Source of the DNA: Octopus sinensis
Lineage: Eukaryota
Length of the DNA stretch: 64,000 nt
NCBI RefSeq assembly: GCF_006345805.1
Contig: NC_042998.1
Span: 9,548,001 to 9,612,000, forward strand
Direction: 5' to 3'
This document shows, piece by piece, positions 50,127 to 62,041 of this stretch. The position numbers were made by a program, and so were the translations under genes. Position 1 is the first letter of the stretch, and each line of letters begins with the position of its first letter. The notes below the pieces were generated by a model. The model saw nothing but the letters and a program-made list of their open reading frames with translations. It had not been told where the DNA came from and did not search any database.

Positions 50127-53100
50127 TTGTCGCCCGCCCTCCCACCCCCACCACCAATACCGGAAGTTTCTACCCTAATACCGGAAACTACCCCCTCCCC
50201 CACTAGCACCTATGTAGGGTTTATCTGAACATATAGCGCAAAAATTGTGAAAAGTATGCAGGTTGTAGTCTAGAGTTTCCATATGAATCTGCCAAATGCA
50301 AGCTTTCTTTTCAGGTACATGACACTGCTGTCCCTCGTCCCAGGGTCTCTGATGCCCACACCTCCCAAACCCTCAGAGTTGGCACGCTCAACGTTGGCAC
50401 ATTGAAAGGTAGGTCTGGAGAGATTGTAGAGCTGCTTGAACGGAGACGTGTGGATGTATGCTGTATCCAGGAAGTAAGGTGGAGAGGAGGTTCTGCTAGC
50501 TCCTCACGGGCAAGGAACACAGGTACAAGATTTTCTGGGCAGGGAACATTGACGGTGTCGGGGGCGTGGGTATACTTCTCGCGGAGAAATGGATAGGTAA
50601 GGTAATCGAGGTAGTCAGAATAAGTGACAGAGTAATTAAAATTAGATTAGTTCTTCACCATAGGACAGCTACCATCATCTCGGCATATGCCCCTCAACCA
50701 GGGCTACCGGAAGGACAAAAAGACCAATTCTATGACACCCTATTGCGGACTACCTCATTGACAAATGACAGTGACCTTCTCTTCGTGGCAGGTGATTTCA
50801 ATGGACATGTTGGACGACATGTCAGGGGCTTCCATGGCATCCATGGAGGCCACGGTTTTGGCTCTCGAAATGAGGAGGGAACCAGGCTGCTGGAGTTCTG
50901 CGATGCAAATGACCTTATGGTCTGCAATACCCACTTCAGGAAACCCACCTCTCACCTAGTCACCTACCGTTCTGGCAGACACACCAGCCAGATTGACTAC
51001 ATCCTTGCCAGAAAAAGGGAAAGAGGGCTGATTATAAATGCCAAAACCTTCCCAGGCGAAGAATGTACTCCCCAACATAGATTAGTAGTTAGCGACTTCA
51101 GGATCAGAGCTAAATGGTCGCCCAGAAGAAGACCAGCTTGGAGGAGAAGGGTCTGGAAGCTTAAAGATCCTGCAAATGCACAGAGATTTAGAGACATACT
51201 ACTCGAAGCCTCTGACGAAATAGAAGGGGATATAGCTTCACTTAATGTGGAAGACAACTGGAGATTCCTACGGGACAATCTGCTGACAGCCACTGACCAG
51301 ATCTGTGGATGGAGCAAAGTACCATCTCGACCCAGAGTAACATGGTGGTGGAACACGGTGGTTGACGGGGCTATTAGACAAAAGAGACAGGCTTGGAAGG
51401 ACTGGAAGAACGGTGGTAGCAGGGAATTGTATCAGACAGCCAAAAGGGAAGCTAGGAGACAGGTTTATTATAGCCAGAGGGGAAGCGGATAAGAAAAAAT
51501 TTGCCAATGTTCTGAGCCGTGAGGATGAAAGACTTGAGGTATTTCGTGTTGCAAGACAGTGTGTGAGAGAGAATCGTGATGTGGTAGGAGAGAAGTGTGT
51601 TCGCATGGATGATGGTTCACTTGCGCTAAATGAGGATGCAAAGAGAGAGGTTTGGAGATGCCACTATGAAAGTTTGCTGAATAAAGAAAATGAATGGGAT
51701 AAAGAGAGTCTGCCAATGTTGACCCAACAGAGGGACCAGCTATCCGAGTTGATAGTTCCGTAGTAGCTAAGGCAGTAGGAGCATGAAGACAGGGAAAGCC
51801 CCAGGCCCATCAGGAATTACTGCAGAGATGCTCAAAATATCTGGCAGTGTCGGCTATAACCTAGTCACCCGTATAGTCAACCAGGTGATACACGAAGGAG
51901 TCATACCCAATGACTGGTGTAGCAGCATACTAGTCAACTGCTACAAAGGTAAAGGTGATGCCCTGGATACAAATAATTACAGAGGTATCAAGCTGTTGGA
52001 TCAGGTAATGAAGGTTACGGAGAGGGTCTTAGCCCAACTAATTAGAGAGAGAGTTAGTTTAGATGAGATGCAGTTTGGGTTGTCCCAGGGAAAAGCACCA
52101 CTGATGCTATATTCCTGGTAAGGCAGCTGCAGGAGAAATACCTAGCCAAGGATAAGCCCCTGTACCTGGCTTTTGTTGACATGGAGAAAGCCTTTGATAG
52201 GGTCCCCCGATCCCTCATCTGGTGGTCAATGAGGAAACTAGGGATAGATGAATGGCTGGTGAGGGCTGTGCAAGCCATGTACAGAGATGCCGTAAGTAAG
52301 GTTAGAGTTGGCAACATGTACACAGAAGAATTCAAAGTAGAGGTGGGGTCCACCAGGGTTCAGTACTCAGCCCCCTCCTATTTATCATAGTCCTCCAGGC
52401 AATAACGGAGGAATTCAAGACCGGTTGCCCCTGGGAGCTCCTCTATGCTGACGACCTCGCTCTAATCGCTGAGTCACTATCAGAACTGGAGGAGAAGTTC
52501 CAGGTGTGGAAGGAGGGTTTAGAATCGAGGGGCCTTAGAGTCAACCTAGCTAAAACCAAAGTACTAATAAGTAGAAAGGTAGAAAACCCACAAATATCAT
52601 CAGGAAGATGGCCCTGTTCGATCTGTAGAAAAGGTGTAGGTAGAAACTCTATAAGATGTACCCAGTGTAAGCTATGGACACATAAGAGGTGCAGCAATGT
52701 CAAAGGTAGGCTAACTGGGAAGATAGTTTTTGTATGTGGCAGGTGCTCTGGAGCATGACCTCCGAAAATCTGCAGAAAACAACTTCTGTCACTTTCCGGG
52801 GGAAAAACTAGAAGTAGTTGATAGTTTCCGCTATCTAGGTGACCAAGTCAGTAGTGGGGGTGGGTGCGCTGAAAGTGTAACTGCTAGAATAAGAATAGCC
52901 TGGGCAAAGTTTAGGGAGCTCTTACCTCTGCTGGTGACTAAAGGCCTCTCGCTCAGAGTAAAAGGCAGACTGTATGATGCATGTGTACGAACAGCTATGC
53001 TACATGGCAGTGAAACATGGGCCGTGACTGCTGAGGACATGCGTAAGCTCGTGAGGAACGAAGCCAGTATGCTCCGATGGATGTGTAATGTCAGTGTACT

Positions 53101-54151
53101 TACTCGACAGAGCGTTAGTACCTTGAGAGAAATGTTGTACCTAAGAAGCATCAGTTGTTGTGTGCAAGAGAGACGATTGCGCTGGTATGGTCATGTGGCG
53201 AGAATGGATGAAGAGAGGTGTGTGAGAAAGTGCCAATCCCTAGCAGTTGAGGGAACCCGTGGAAGAGGTAGACCCAGGAAAACCTGGGACGAGGTGGTGA
53301 AGCACGACCTTCGGACGTTAGGTCTCACCATGGAAATGACTAGAGACCGAGACCTATGGAAGTATGCTGTGCGTGAGAAGACCCGGCAAGACTAGTGAAG
53401 CCATAATCCGTGGCCCCTACCTGGGACGTAGTCAGTCCACCTGTGCATACCTTCCTTCTTGTGACACTTGTGAAGACCTGTTGAGGCAAGTGAGAATCGA
53501 ATCGAATCGTATCAAATCAATCGAACCAAATCAAAATAGATGAACATCAATGGAATTTGTATCCTTGTGGTACCAGTGCCGGTGGCACATAAGAAAACCA
53601 TCCGAACGTGACCGTAGCCAGTACCGCAATGACTGGCCTCCGTGCTGAGGGCACGTAACAAACACCATCCGAGCGTGGCCGTCCGCCAGCCTCGTCTAGC
53701 ACCTGTGTCGGTGACACATAAGAAAACACCATCCGAGCGTGGCCGTCTGCCAGCCTCGTCTGGCACCTGTGTCGGTGGCACATAAAAAACACCATCCGAG
53801 CGTGGCCGTCTGCCAGCCTCGTCTGGCACCTGTGTCGGTGGCACATAAAAAAACACCATCCGAGCGTGGCCGTCTGCCAGCCTCGTCTGGCACCTGTGTC
53901 GGTGGCACATAAAAAACACCATCCGAGCGTGGCCGTCTGCCAGCCTCGTCTGGCCCTGTGTCGGTGGCACATAAAATCACCCACTACACTCTCGGAGTGG
54001 TTGCGTTAGGAAGGCATCCAGCTGTAGAAACACTGCCACATCTGACTGGCCTGGTGCAGCCTTCGGGCTTCCCAGACCCCAGTTGAACCGTCCAACCCAT
54101 GCTAGCATGGAAAGCGGACGTTAAACGATGATGATGATGATGATGATGATG
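50127..54151 (+). mobile_element. Near-full-length RTE-clade LINE (APE - RT with embedded PHD finger - 3' UTR with 63-bp VNTR - (GAT)n), sense in RNPS1 intron 1
   Basis: APE LRVGTLNVG..CIQE..GDFNGH..SQIDYIL; RT GKAPGPSG, NYRGIKLL, DMEKAFDRV, QGSVLSP, YADD (52444-52455), WYGH. About six 1-nt frameshifts. 5' end uncertain and no TSD found. Confidence 0.95.
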
Positions 54152-54253
54152 AATTGTTATGAAGTGTTATCTTAGTTGGCAGTGTTGTAACATGTTTCAA
54201 AATTTTATCAAGTTGAAGAACCCTTTCCTTACCATATTTTCATTAAAATACAC

Positions 54254-54596
54254 TCTTTTACTCTCTCTTTTACTTGTTTCAGTCATTTGACTGCGGCCAT
54301 GCTGGAGCACCACCTTTTAGTACTTATTCTATCGGTCTCTTTTTGCTGAACCGCTAAGTGACGGGGACGTAAACACACCAGCATCGGTTGTCAAGCAATG
54401 CTAGGGGGACAAACACACACACATATACATATATATGACAGGCTTCTTTCAGTTTCCGTCTACCAAATCCACTCACAAGGCATTGGTCGGCCCGGAGCTA
54501 TAGCAGAAGACACTTGCCCAAGATGCCACGCAGTGGGACTGAACCCGCAACCGTGTGGTTGGTTAGCAAGCTACTTACCACACAGCCACTCCTGCG
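54254..54596 (-). mobile_element. SINE family A
   Basis: Full head; small internal deletion. Confidence 0.9.
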
Positions 54597-55064
54597 CTGT
54601 TTCAATTAATTTTGACATTAATGCAGAATTTTGTGAAATAACTTTATTATTAAGTTGAAGATTGGAACATAAATTAACTTGAAATTTTGATGTGAGATTT
54701 TAATTTAGATGACTTTTATCATAGAACCAGAGTCAGTCTCAAGTTGTTTTGTATCAAAAAGGTTAATGTTACCACCAGCAGAATGAATTAGTTATCATGT
54801 TTGACTATTATAAATTGATAGTATTATGGTAAAGAAAAAGAGATTTAGAAAAGAATCTTAAACTATTTAGGATCAATGACTTATTTTGAGACATTGTGTG
54901 ATCAGGTCTAAATTTGGGTTGATTAAATTTGATTGGGCCAGGAATTACATATATTTTCAAACTTTTGGTTTCTAATACTTTTACTGGTTTAACTAATTAG
55001 ACTGCAGCAAAATGGGGTACTTTTTCGGGTTATTTTAGCCTAGTACTTATTTTATCAACTTCCC

Positions 55065-55391
55065 AGCGCCGCCCCGACTGGCTTCTGTGCCGGTGGCACA
55101 TAAAAAGCACCATCCGAACATGGCCGTTGCCTGCGCCGCCTTGGCTGGCTTCCGTGCCGGTGGCATGTTAAAAACTCCAACCGATCGTAGCCGATGCCGG
55201 ACCCCCTCTGGCACCTGTGCAGGTGGCATGTAAAAAGCACCCACTACACTCGCGGAGTGGTTGGCGTTAGGAAGGGCATCCGGCCGTAGAAACTCTGCCA
55301 GATCAGCCTGGAGCAGCCTCTGGCTTCCCAGACCCCGGTCGAACCGTCCAACCCGTGCTAGCGCGGAAAACGGATGTTAAACGATGATGAA
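55065..55391 (+). mobile_element. RTE 3' UTR copy, divergent subfamily
   Basis: Shares diagnostic CCCGTGCTAGCGCGGAAAACGG and CCGATGCCGGACCCC with the 62575 copy. Confidence 0.85.
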
Positions 55392-55729
55392 TAGCTAGAT
55401 TCACTGTATTGAGTTTGTATCCCTTTAAGTAAAAACCACGAGGTATACACAAATACCACATCAATGTATACAAACACAGGCATAATCAAAAGGATTTTCA
55501 ACAATTTCTAAGCTGGTATTGGTTGGACAAGCCTTGTTCTAGCTCTGCCTTTTTTTTTATTTTTGCCACTTGTCATTGTTCTTTGTCATCTGATACACAA
55601 CTGCACATTGCGCCAGCAAAATTTTATTTACATGACATTTAATCAACCTAAAGCTTTGGTGTGTCATTTGTTGGGTTTTGAACCCAGAACCTTGTGGCTG
55701 CAAAGCAAACATCTTAACCTCATAACTAT

Positions 55730-55940
55730 CATCATCGTTTAGCGTCCACTTTCCATGCTGGCATGGGTTGGACGGTGCAACTGGGGTCTGGGAAGCCAGA
55801 AGGCTGCACCAGGCCCAGTCTGATTTGGCAATGTTTCTACGGCTGGATGCCCTTCTTAACGCCAACCACTCCATGAGTGTAGTGGGTGCCAGACGAGGCT
55901 GGCAAACGGCCACGATCGGATGGTGCTTTTTACGTGCCAC
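55730..55940 (-). mobile_element. RTE 3' UTR copy
   Basis: Match to the 3' tail family. Confidence 0.85.
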
Positions 55941-56171
55941 TGGCAAGAATTGGTTTTGCCTAAAGTTAATTGAAATAAGTATTAACTCTATATTGGTTTA
56001 GATTTAAATGCATGCCCCCACTCTGATAAAAAGCTTAGAGGATAGAAATTGTTTTTCTAATTAGATAGGTTAATGACTTATTGGTAAGTTTACATATTTG
56101 GCTAAAGTTGGAGAATGTTTTACATCCTTAATTTGTTTAGTCATCTAAATGACCTCTTTGAATACTTGCAG

Positions 56172-56384
56172 GACGAGAAGTACATTAACTAGAGAAAAGA
56201 AAAAGACAAGCAGTGGTAATGCTAGTGGAGGAGGCGGCGGTGCTGGTGGTGGCAGCGGTGGTGGAGCTGGTGGTGGATCTGGGAGTACTACAGCAGCTGC
56301 AACGATTGAGCGGGGTCGGGACAAAAAGAGACGCAGTGTTTCTTCCAGTAGTACGAGTAGTAGTGGCAGCTCAGGAAGTTCAAG
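56172..56384 (+). CDS. RNPS1: Probable RNPS1 exon 2 (Gly tract, RGRDKKRRS, start of S domain)
   Basis: TTGCAG acceptor and AAG|GTAGGT donor. ERGRDKKRRSVSSSS resembles vertebrate RNPS1 DRGRDKTRKRRSASSGSS. The RRM exons lie outside the window, so the identity is not proven. Confidence 0.75.
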
Positions 56385-56532
56385 GTAGGTTATCTTCGAG
56401 TTTGTTTTTTTTTTTCGTGAAATTATTCCCCGAAACATTATTTTGCCAAATTATAGACATTCACCCAAGAGGTTTTTTTTCAATAACTGTTTCATGTATA
56501 GGTTTTATATACTTTTTTAAAAATTCCAATAA

Positions 56533-56931
56533 TCTTTATATATAAAAGTGAGGTTGTGTGCTGTCTGTCTCCTACGATTTAGATTCCTAACTACTCCCAC
56601 ATTTTGCGGTGCAGTTTAACCAAAACCGGGTATCTTATAGTCGTGATTCATATCGAGCCTTCTGGGTATTAGCGCGCGTCTACGATGAGTCTACGATTTA
56701 AAAATAAATTTACCATCAATTTTTCCCATTTTTTAATGCATTTTTGGCATATATAAGGGAAGTAACTCTCTAAAAATTTATTATTAAATCTCAGAACGTA
56801 AAAAGCTACAGTAACACCCCCCCCCCTTTGTGGTTAGCCATATTGAGATGGCTATTATACTTTACATCTCTAAAAATGCTTATATAGTTATTTCCCTTAC
56901 AAACCCGAGCAACGCCGGGCAATACTGCTAG
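56533..56931 (+). mobile_element. Non-autonomous Helitron, same family as 21688
   Basis: A|TC...CCCGAGCAACGCCGGG hairpin...CTAG|T. Confidence 0.88.
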
Positions 56932-57608
56932 TTTTAGATATACTTTCATTGTGGTTGTTCTGTTCAGAATCTGGGTTGGATTTTTAGTTTAAAAGTTAGT
57001 CCTTTTTAGTCATTATCCTAACTTCAGGGTTGTCAATTTGTCACTTCAGTATTTATTGATTTACTTTTGATTTGACATCTTATATCTTCTATTTAATTTA
57101 AATTGACAGATATTTATTTTTCCAGCTAATATTTATTAGGTCACTTGATATTTATCATTCTTCAATTCACTTGTGTCTTTTACAATATGTATGTAATTCA
57201 AAAGTCCTTTTAGCTTATAAATATATTATTATTTGAACACCTGATAATTAGGTCTTATGTTTGATTCCTGGATTGAGCAGCATGTGTCCTTTAGTGAGTA
57301 CTTCATTTGACATTGCTCTTGTCTGCTTAGATAAAACATGTACCGAATCAGTTCTGTTGTAACTCGCTCTCCTTTCAGCTGTCATATCAAAGATGGGAGG
57401 GTTGAGAGGATTTCTATATCTGCTTGTGATGACCTAAAGACCTAAACCAGCTGGCAAAAGCATGGTGCATGTCACCGAGTCATCCTCAATTAATGAGATA
57501 CATATATACTCAATATTCTCTCCTTTTGATAACACTTTTGAAAATATATAAAACTATTTGTGGAATTCAAAAAAAGTTTATGAGGCACAACGTTTTATTA
57601 CTCTATAG

Positions 57609-58122
57609 CAGAGGTGGGGGAAACTTTTTAGTGCAATGGGCAAAAATTTCCTAAGAAAAAGGTCCGTGGGTAGACCACAAGTTCTAACTCTTATATCTGT
57701 GTAACTCTTGTATACACATTAATGTAGATAAGTTTAACACATGAAATTAATGTGTAGCATCTTCATTAACACTGCTACTGAATTTAGGACGTTTATGTTA
57801 CCTATGAGGTATTCCATATTTTTCAGCTGGAGTGTAGTTGGGTCTCAAGAAGGTGGTACAAACCTAGAAATACGTGTTACGTAGGGAAAACAAAGTTTCC
57901 ATTCAAATGGCAATTATCAGGTGATTTCTGTTCAAGTCTGACCATTTTAAGTCATAGTGGAAATGTAACTTATGTCACAAACAGCCATACGAATATTGTA
58001 TAAATCTGATGATTGAAATGTTTACTATATTTTGTTCATATGGGTATATCAGCCTGTGGGCATAATAAAATGGGTTTGTGGGTGCAATTGCATCCGCAGG
58101 CGGGGGGGTTTCCCCACCCCTG
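57609..58122. mobile_element. hAT MITE
   Basis: CAGAGGTGGGGGAAAC / GTTTCCCCACCCCTG ends; 8-bp TSD CTCTATAG. Confidence 0.9.
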
Positions 58123-58199
58123 CTCTATAGCCACAAGATAGAAGGACACTGCCTGCCCTTCCCAACCCAAAAGTGATAGTGTGGCAATCTTCTTGAATG

Positions 58200-60100
58200 C
58201 TTTAGCTGATACTTGGATCTACCGTACTTGCAACAGCAGCTGTTGAAGAAAACTCTGTGAGTTAGTAATTACTTTGACACTGAAGTGTGTTTTGTCTCTC
58301 TGCATTCAGATTTTGTCTCAAACAGGTAATATTCCATTGTATTATTGCCAGGTCAAGGATTTCTGAAGATATCAGTCTCCAAGTTGAAAGTCTTTCTGAA
58401 CATACCAGCAAGTTCATTTTTGTTGATAGCCAGAGTTTACTTGAGAATGGCATCACTAGTTCTCTTATAGATTGCCGATATACAGGGCTGTGAGCTCCTG
58501 ATAATGTTTCCAGTTGACTAGCTGCCTGAGAAAGATTATCGATAGCTACTAACCAGTGGCCAAAATATTAAAAACCTGGATTCAATAGAGTTATGAACTG
58601 GAACATCCCCTTATTCATTTCCTTCTTGAACAGCACTACCACCCCCTGTGTCTAAAATGAATGCTCCCATTCTACTGCCAGATGAGATAGACTTCTACCT
58701 TGATGTTACTTGTAGAGCAGGCCATCCAAACCAGTTCTTGCTCAACTGTCTGCACCATTCAAGCCTCAACTGCTCTTATCAGTTTTTTGCAATACTTTAC
58801 ATCTACTGCTTGTCTTGAACAGTTAAGTGCTATTGAAAAGCTGCATATAGTCTTAGAATCAAGCAGTACACACCTATTCTGCTCTGTCAAAGACCAAATT
58901 GTGGTTTAGCTGCTGCATTGCAGGCCCATCAAAAGGCTTTTGTTTCTTGTGTTTTAGTGTGCATTCTTTGCTCTGGTCATACAATTGTGTTTAACACTGA
59001 AAATCATTTTTGTAGGTGGCACATTGGTCACAATCCCTTTCCTAATTACCTTTTCTAATTTGCTCACTTGCTCTCTATTGAATGTTATACATTCTACTTT
59101 AATGTACCCCACCACCTGTTGACGGTCACCCCTGTCACATTCCACTTAACTAATCTGATCACTGAAGAGTTTATTCTCTGTGAATGACACAGCTTCCATT
59201 AAATTGTGGTGAGTATAACAGATTGTTTGAAATTGTGGACACTCTTCATATTTCATTGCCAGCCTCGTCTGGCCCCCGTGCCGGTGGCACGTAAAAAGCA
59301 CCATCCGATCGTGGCCGTTTGCCAGCCTCGTCTGGCACCTGTGCAGGTGGCTCATAAAAAGCACCCACTACACTCTCGGAGTGGTTGGCGTTAGGAAGGG
59401 CATCCAGCTGTAGAAACACTGCCAGATCAAACTGGGCCTGACCCCAGTTGAACCGTCCAACCCATGCTAGCATGGAAAACGGACGTTAAACGATGATGAT
59501 GATAATCTGAATGACCTGGTGCAGATACTCCTTGTCTACACTGGTTAATTTGAGAAATTCTATGGGTGCTCGTTAATTGGAACTGTCTGAGTAGGTTTCC
59601 TCAGATTTTTTGCTGTCTCTTATCAGCTAACCCCACACAATCCCAGTGTGCATTTAAGATATTCTAGTCACTAACTGGCTCTAAAGAAAGCTTGTAGCCA
59701 TCAGAGGAAATTCATTTACCTTTTGATCAATATTCTTCATTATCTCCGGCTTCTTGGCTTCGCTTAATAACTCTTGAATATTCTATTGGCTGTGGTGCAA
59801 CTGCAAACGAACTGTTCTATAGCCCCATTGGAATAGTCGCTGGCTGTGGTGCTAATGGCAATGTTGTTTCTGTTTGTAGATCTTGTCATAATGTTGTTGC
59901 TATTTATCACTTGCTAGACATGTTGGTAATGCTATTTTGAGTCCTTCCCCCATTGTTACTGCTTTTGGTGTTGTCTTTATTGCTACCTTTATTTCTAGAT
60001 CATGCCAGTGAAGGAGTTGTTGGTTGGTTGCACTGGTAAGAAATCTTACTGAAAGTACCTGCGTTGTTTTCACTCTTGAAACAATCATTCTCTAAACAGA
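58200..60100 (-). mobile_element. Highly decayed retroelement, possibly a Penelope N-terminus/RT
   Basis: Scattered motifs GEGLKIALPT (like KGL.F.PTP) and LADK; interrupted by an RTE tail. Confidence 0.3.
59265..59503 (+). mobile_element. RTE 3' UTR copy
   Basis: One-plus 63-bp units, (GAT)n tail. Confidence 0.88.
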
Positions 60101-60447
60101 TGACCTGCATAACACTTGTGCCTTTACGGCTGCTTTGACTGTTTCCTACCACTCCTCCCTCTTTCAGCATGAGTTTTACCTGTGTTGATATTTATAAAAT
60201 ATGCTTTTACATGAGGTGGCATTTACAGTAAAAATGATGTAGACTACAGAAAAATGGGCTGTTGATTGTTTCCCCTAATTAGAGGAGACACTGATAGCTT
60301 TTCAATACTCTTTTTTTTTGGTGGGGAAATGCCTTAGACAATACTTGACAAAAGTTTTGAAACTTTCATTTAGCATAATCATTTTAAGTGGTTTAAAAAC
60401 GTATTGAGCCTTTTTTTGTTGTGAGCTTTTCCGATACAAGAGGCAGA

Positions 60448-60800
60448 GTATATTTTATTTGTTTCAGCCAATAGACTGTGGCCATGCTGTGACACCACTT
60501 TGAAATTTAGTTGAATGAATCAACCCCAATACTTTTTTTAAAGCCTAGTACTTATTCTATCCGTCTCTTTTGTTGAGGGCCTAAATAAACCAGTTGTCAG
60601 GCAATGGTGGGGAACAAACACACACACACATATATACATATATGATAGGCTTCTCTCAGTTTCCATCTACCAAATCCACTTACAAGGCTTTGATTGGCCC
60701 TAGGCTATAGTAGAAGACACTTGCTCCAGGTGCCATGCAGTGGGACTGAACCCAGAACCATATAGTTGGGAAGCAAACTTCTTACCACAGAGCCACCCTT
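60448..60800 (-). mobile_element. SINE family A, older copy
   Basis: Diverged match. Confidence 0.8.
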
Positions 60801-60829
60801 GCATTTATGGGTGTAATAATAATAGTAAT

Positions 60830-61155
60830 AATCCTTTCTATTATAGGCACAAGGCCTGAAATTTTGGGAGAGCAGGGGCTAGTCAATTCTATTGACCCCA
60901 GTGGTCAACTGGTACTTACATCAGTGACCCTGAAATGACGAGAAGCAAAGTTGACCTTGGCTGCATTTGAAATCAAATAATAATGATTTCAAATTTTGAC
61001 ACAAGGCCAGCAATTTCGGGGGCTGGGATACATCAATTACATCAACTCTAGTGTTCAATTAGGACTTATTTTATCAACCCTGAAATGAAAAGCAAGTCAA
61101 CTCAGGTAGCATTTGAACTCAGAACTACCACTAAGCATTTTGTCTGGTGTGCTAA
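60830..61155 (-). mobile_element. SINE family B, two decayed copies
   Basis: Nin-like core fragments. Confidence 0.65.
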
Positions 61156-61264
61156 CAATTCTGCCAGCTTGCCATTTTAATAATGATAATAGTAACAACA
61201 ATAATGATTTAATAGTAATAATAATAATAATAATAACAACAACCTTTCCTTGTTTCTTTTTCAG

Positions 61265-61459
61265 TGGAAGTAGTAGTTCATCTCGCAGCAGGTCACGCTC
61301 ATCATCATCTTCCAGTGGATCGAGTTCATCTGGTAGCAGCAGCAGCAGTAGTAGCAGCAGTGTGAGCACCTCTCGTTCCTCCAGCTCAAGTTCCAGCAGA
61401 TCTTCACATAGTCGCTCTTCAGCAGTTGGACGAGGAGCCAGCAACAGACACAAATCTTT
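61265..61459 (+). CDS. RNPS1: Probable RNPS1 exon 3 (serine-rich)
   Basis: TTTCTTTTTCAG acceptor and TT|GTAAG donor, phase 2-2 matching exon 2; GSSSSSRSRSRSSSS...GRGASNRHKS. Confidence 0.78.
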
Positions 61460-61765
61460 GTAAGAATGATTTTCAATTAGTTTACAACACTCTCTCTGTC
61501 AGTAGTTAATAATTAATGTCTTAGGAAATAATTACTTTTAAATAATGTTTATTGCATTTCAGCACTTTGTGTTACTTTAACTTATTCATTAATATTGGTT
61601 TATAGTTAGAATAATATATATGGTGACTTTGTGTGTGTGTGTGATAAATTTTGAAAAATAGTATTCACTTCTGAGAATGGTAAGAATAGCACGATATAAA
61701 ATGATTACTGAATTACCATGTACTAAATTTCTAATACTATGAACACTACATCTCTCTGAGACACT

Positions 61766-61809
<44 letters not shown>

Positions 61810-61875
61810 ACCGCGTGTGTACCGTTGGCGATTTTTTTTCCTCTGTCTTCCCTTCTCTGGATCTTTCCTTCTCCT

Positions 61876-61940
61876 ATGTTTCTGACGAAGAGCTCTGCTC
61901 GAAACGTTAAACCCTCCTTCTTTCCTGAGCGTCCAATAAT
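61876..61940 (+). ncRNA. Type-I hammerhead ribozyme candidate with intact catalytic core
   Basis: CUGACGA (61882-88), extra A, stem II GAGC/UCU/GCUC, GAAA (61901-04), stem III ACGUU:AGCGU, GUC triplet 61931-33. Stem I is only 4 bp, with a U-C mismatch at its base. Confidence 0.7.
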
Positions 61941-62000
61941 ACTATATTTGTTCCACATCCTCGCGTTGTTGTGTTTTTTTGTGCTTTCTTGTTTGAATTA

Positions 62001-62041
<41 letters not shown>

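Noticed and set aside
53660-53980. CRISPR-like look of the regularly spaced hairpin repeats
   Set aside because: The units are whole tandem copies with no unique spacers, there are no cas genes, and the context is eukaryotic.
56145-56438. Minus-strand Pro/Leu-rich ORF (likewise 61097..61453)
   Set aside because: Antisense shadow of the Gly/Ser-rich RNPS1 exons.
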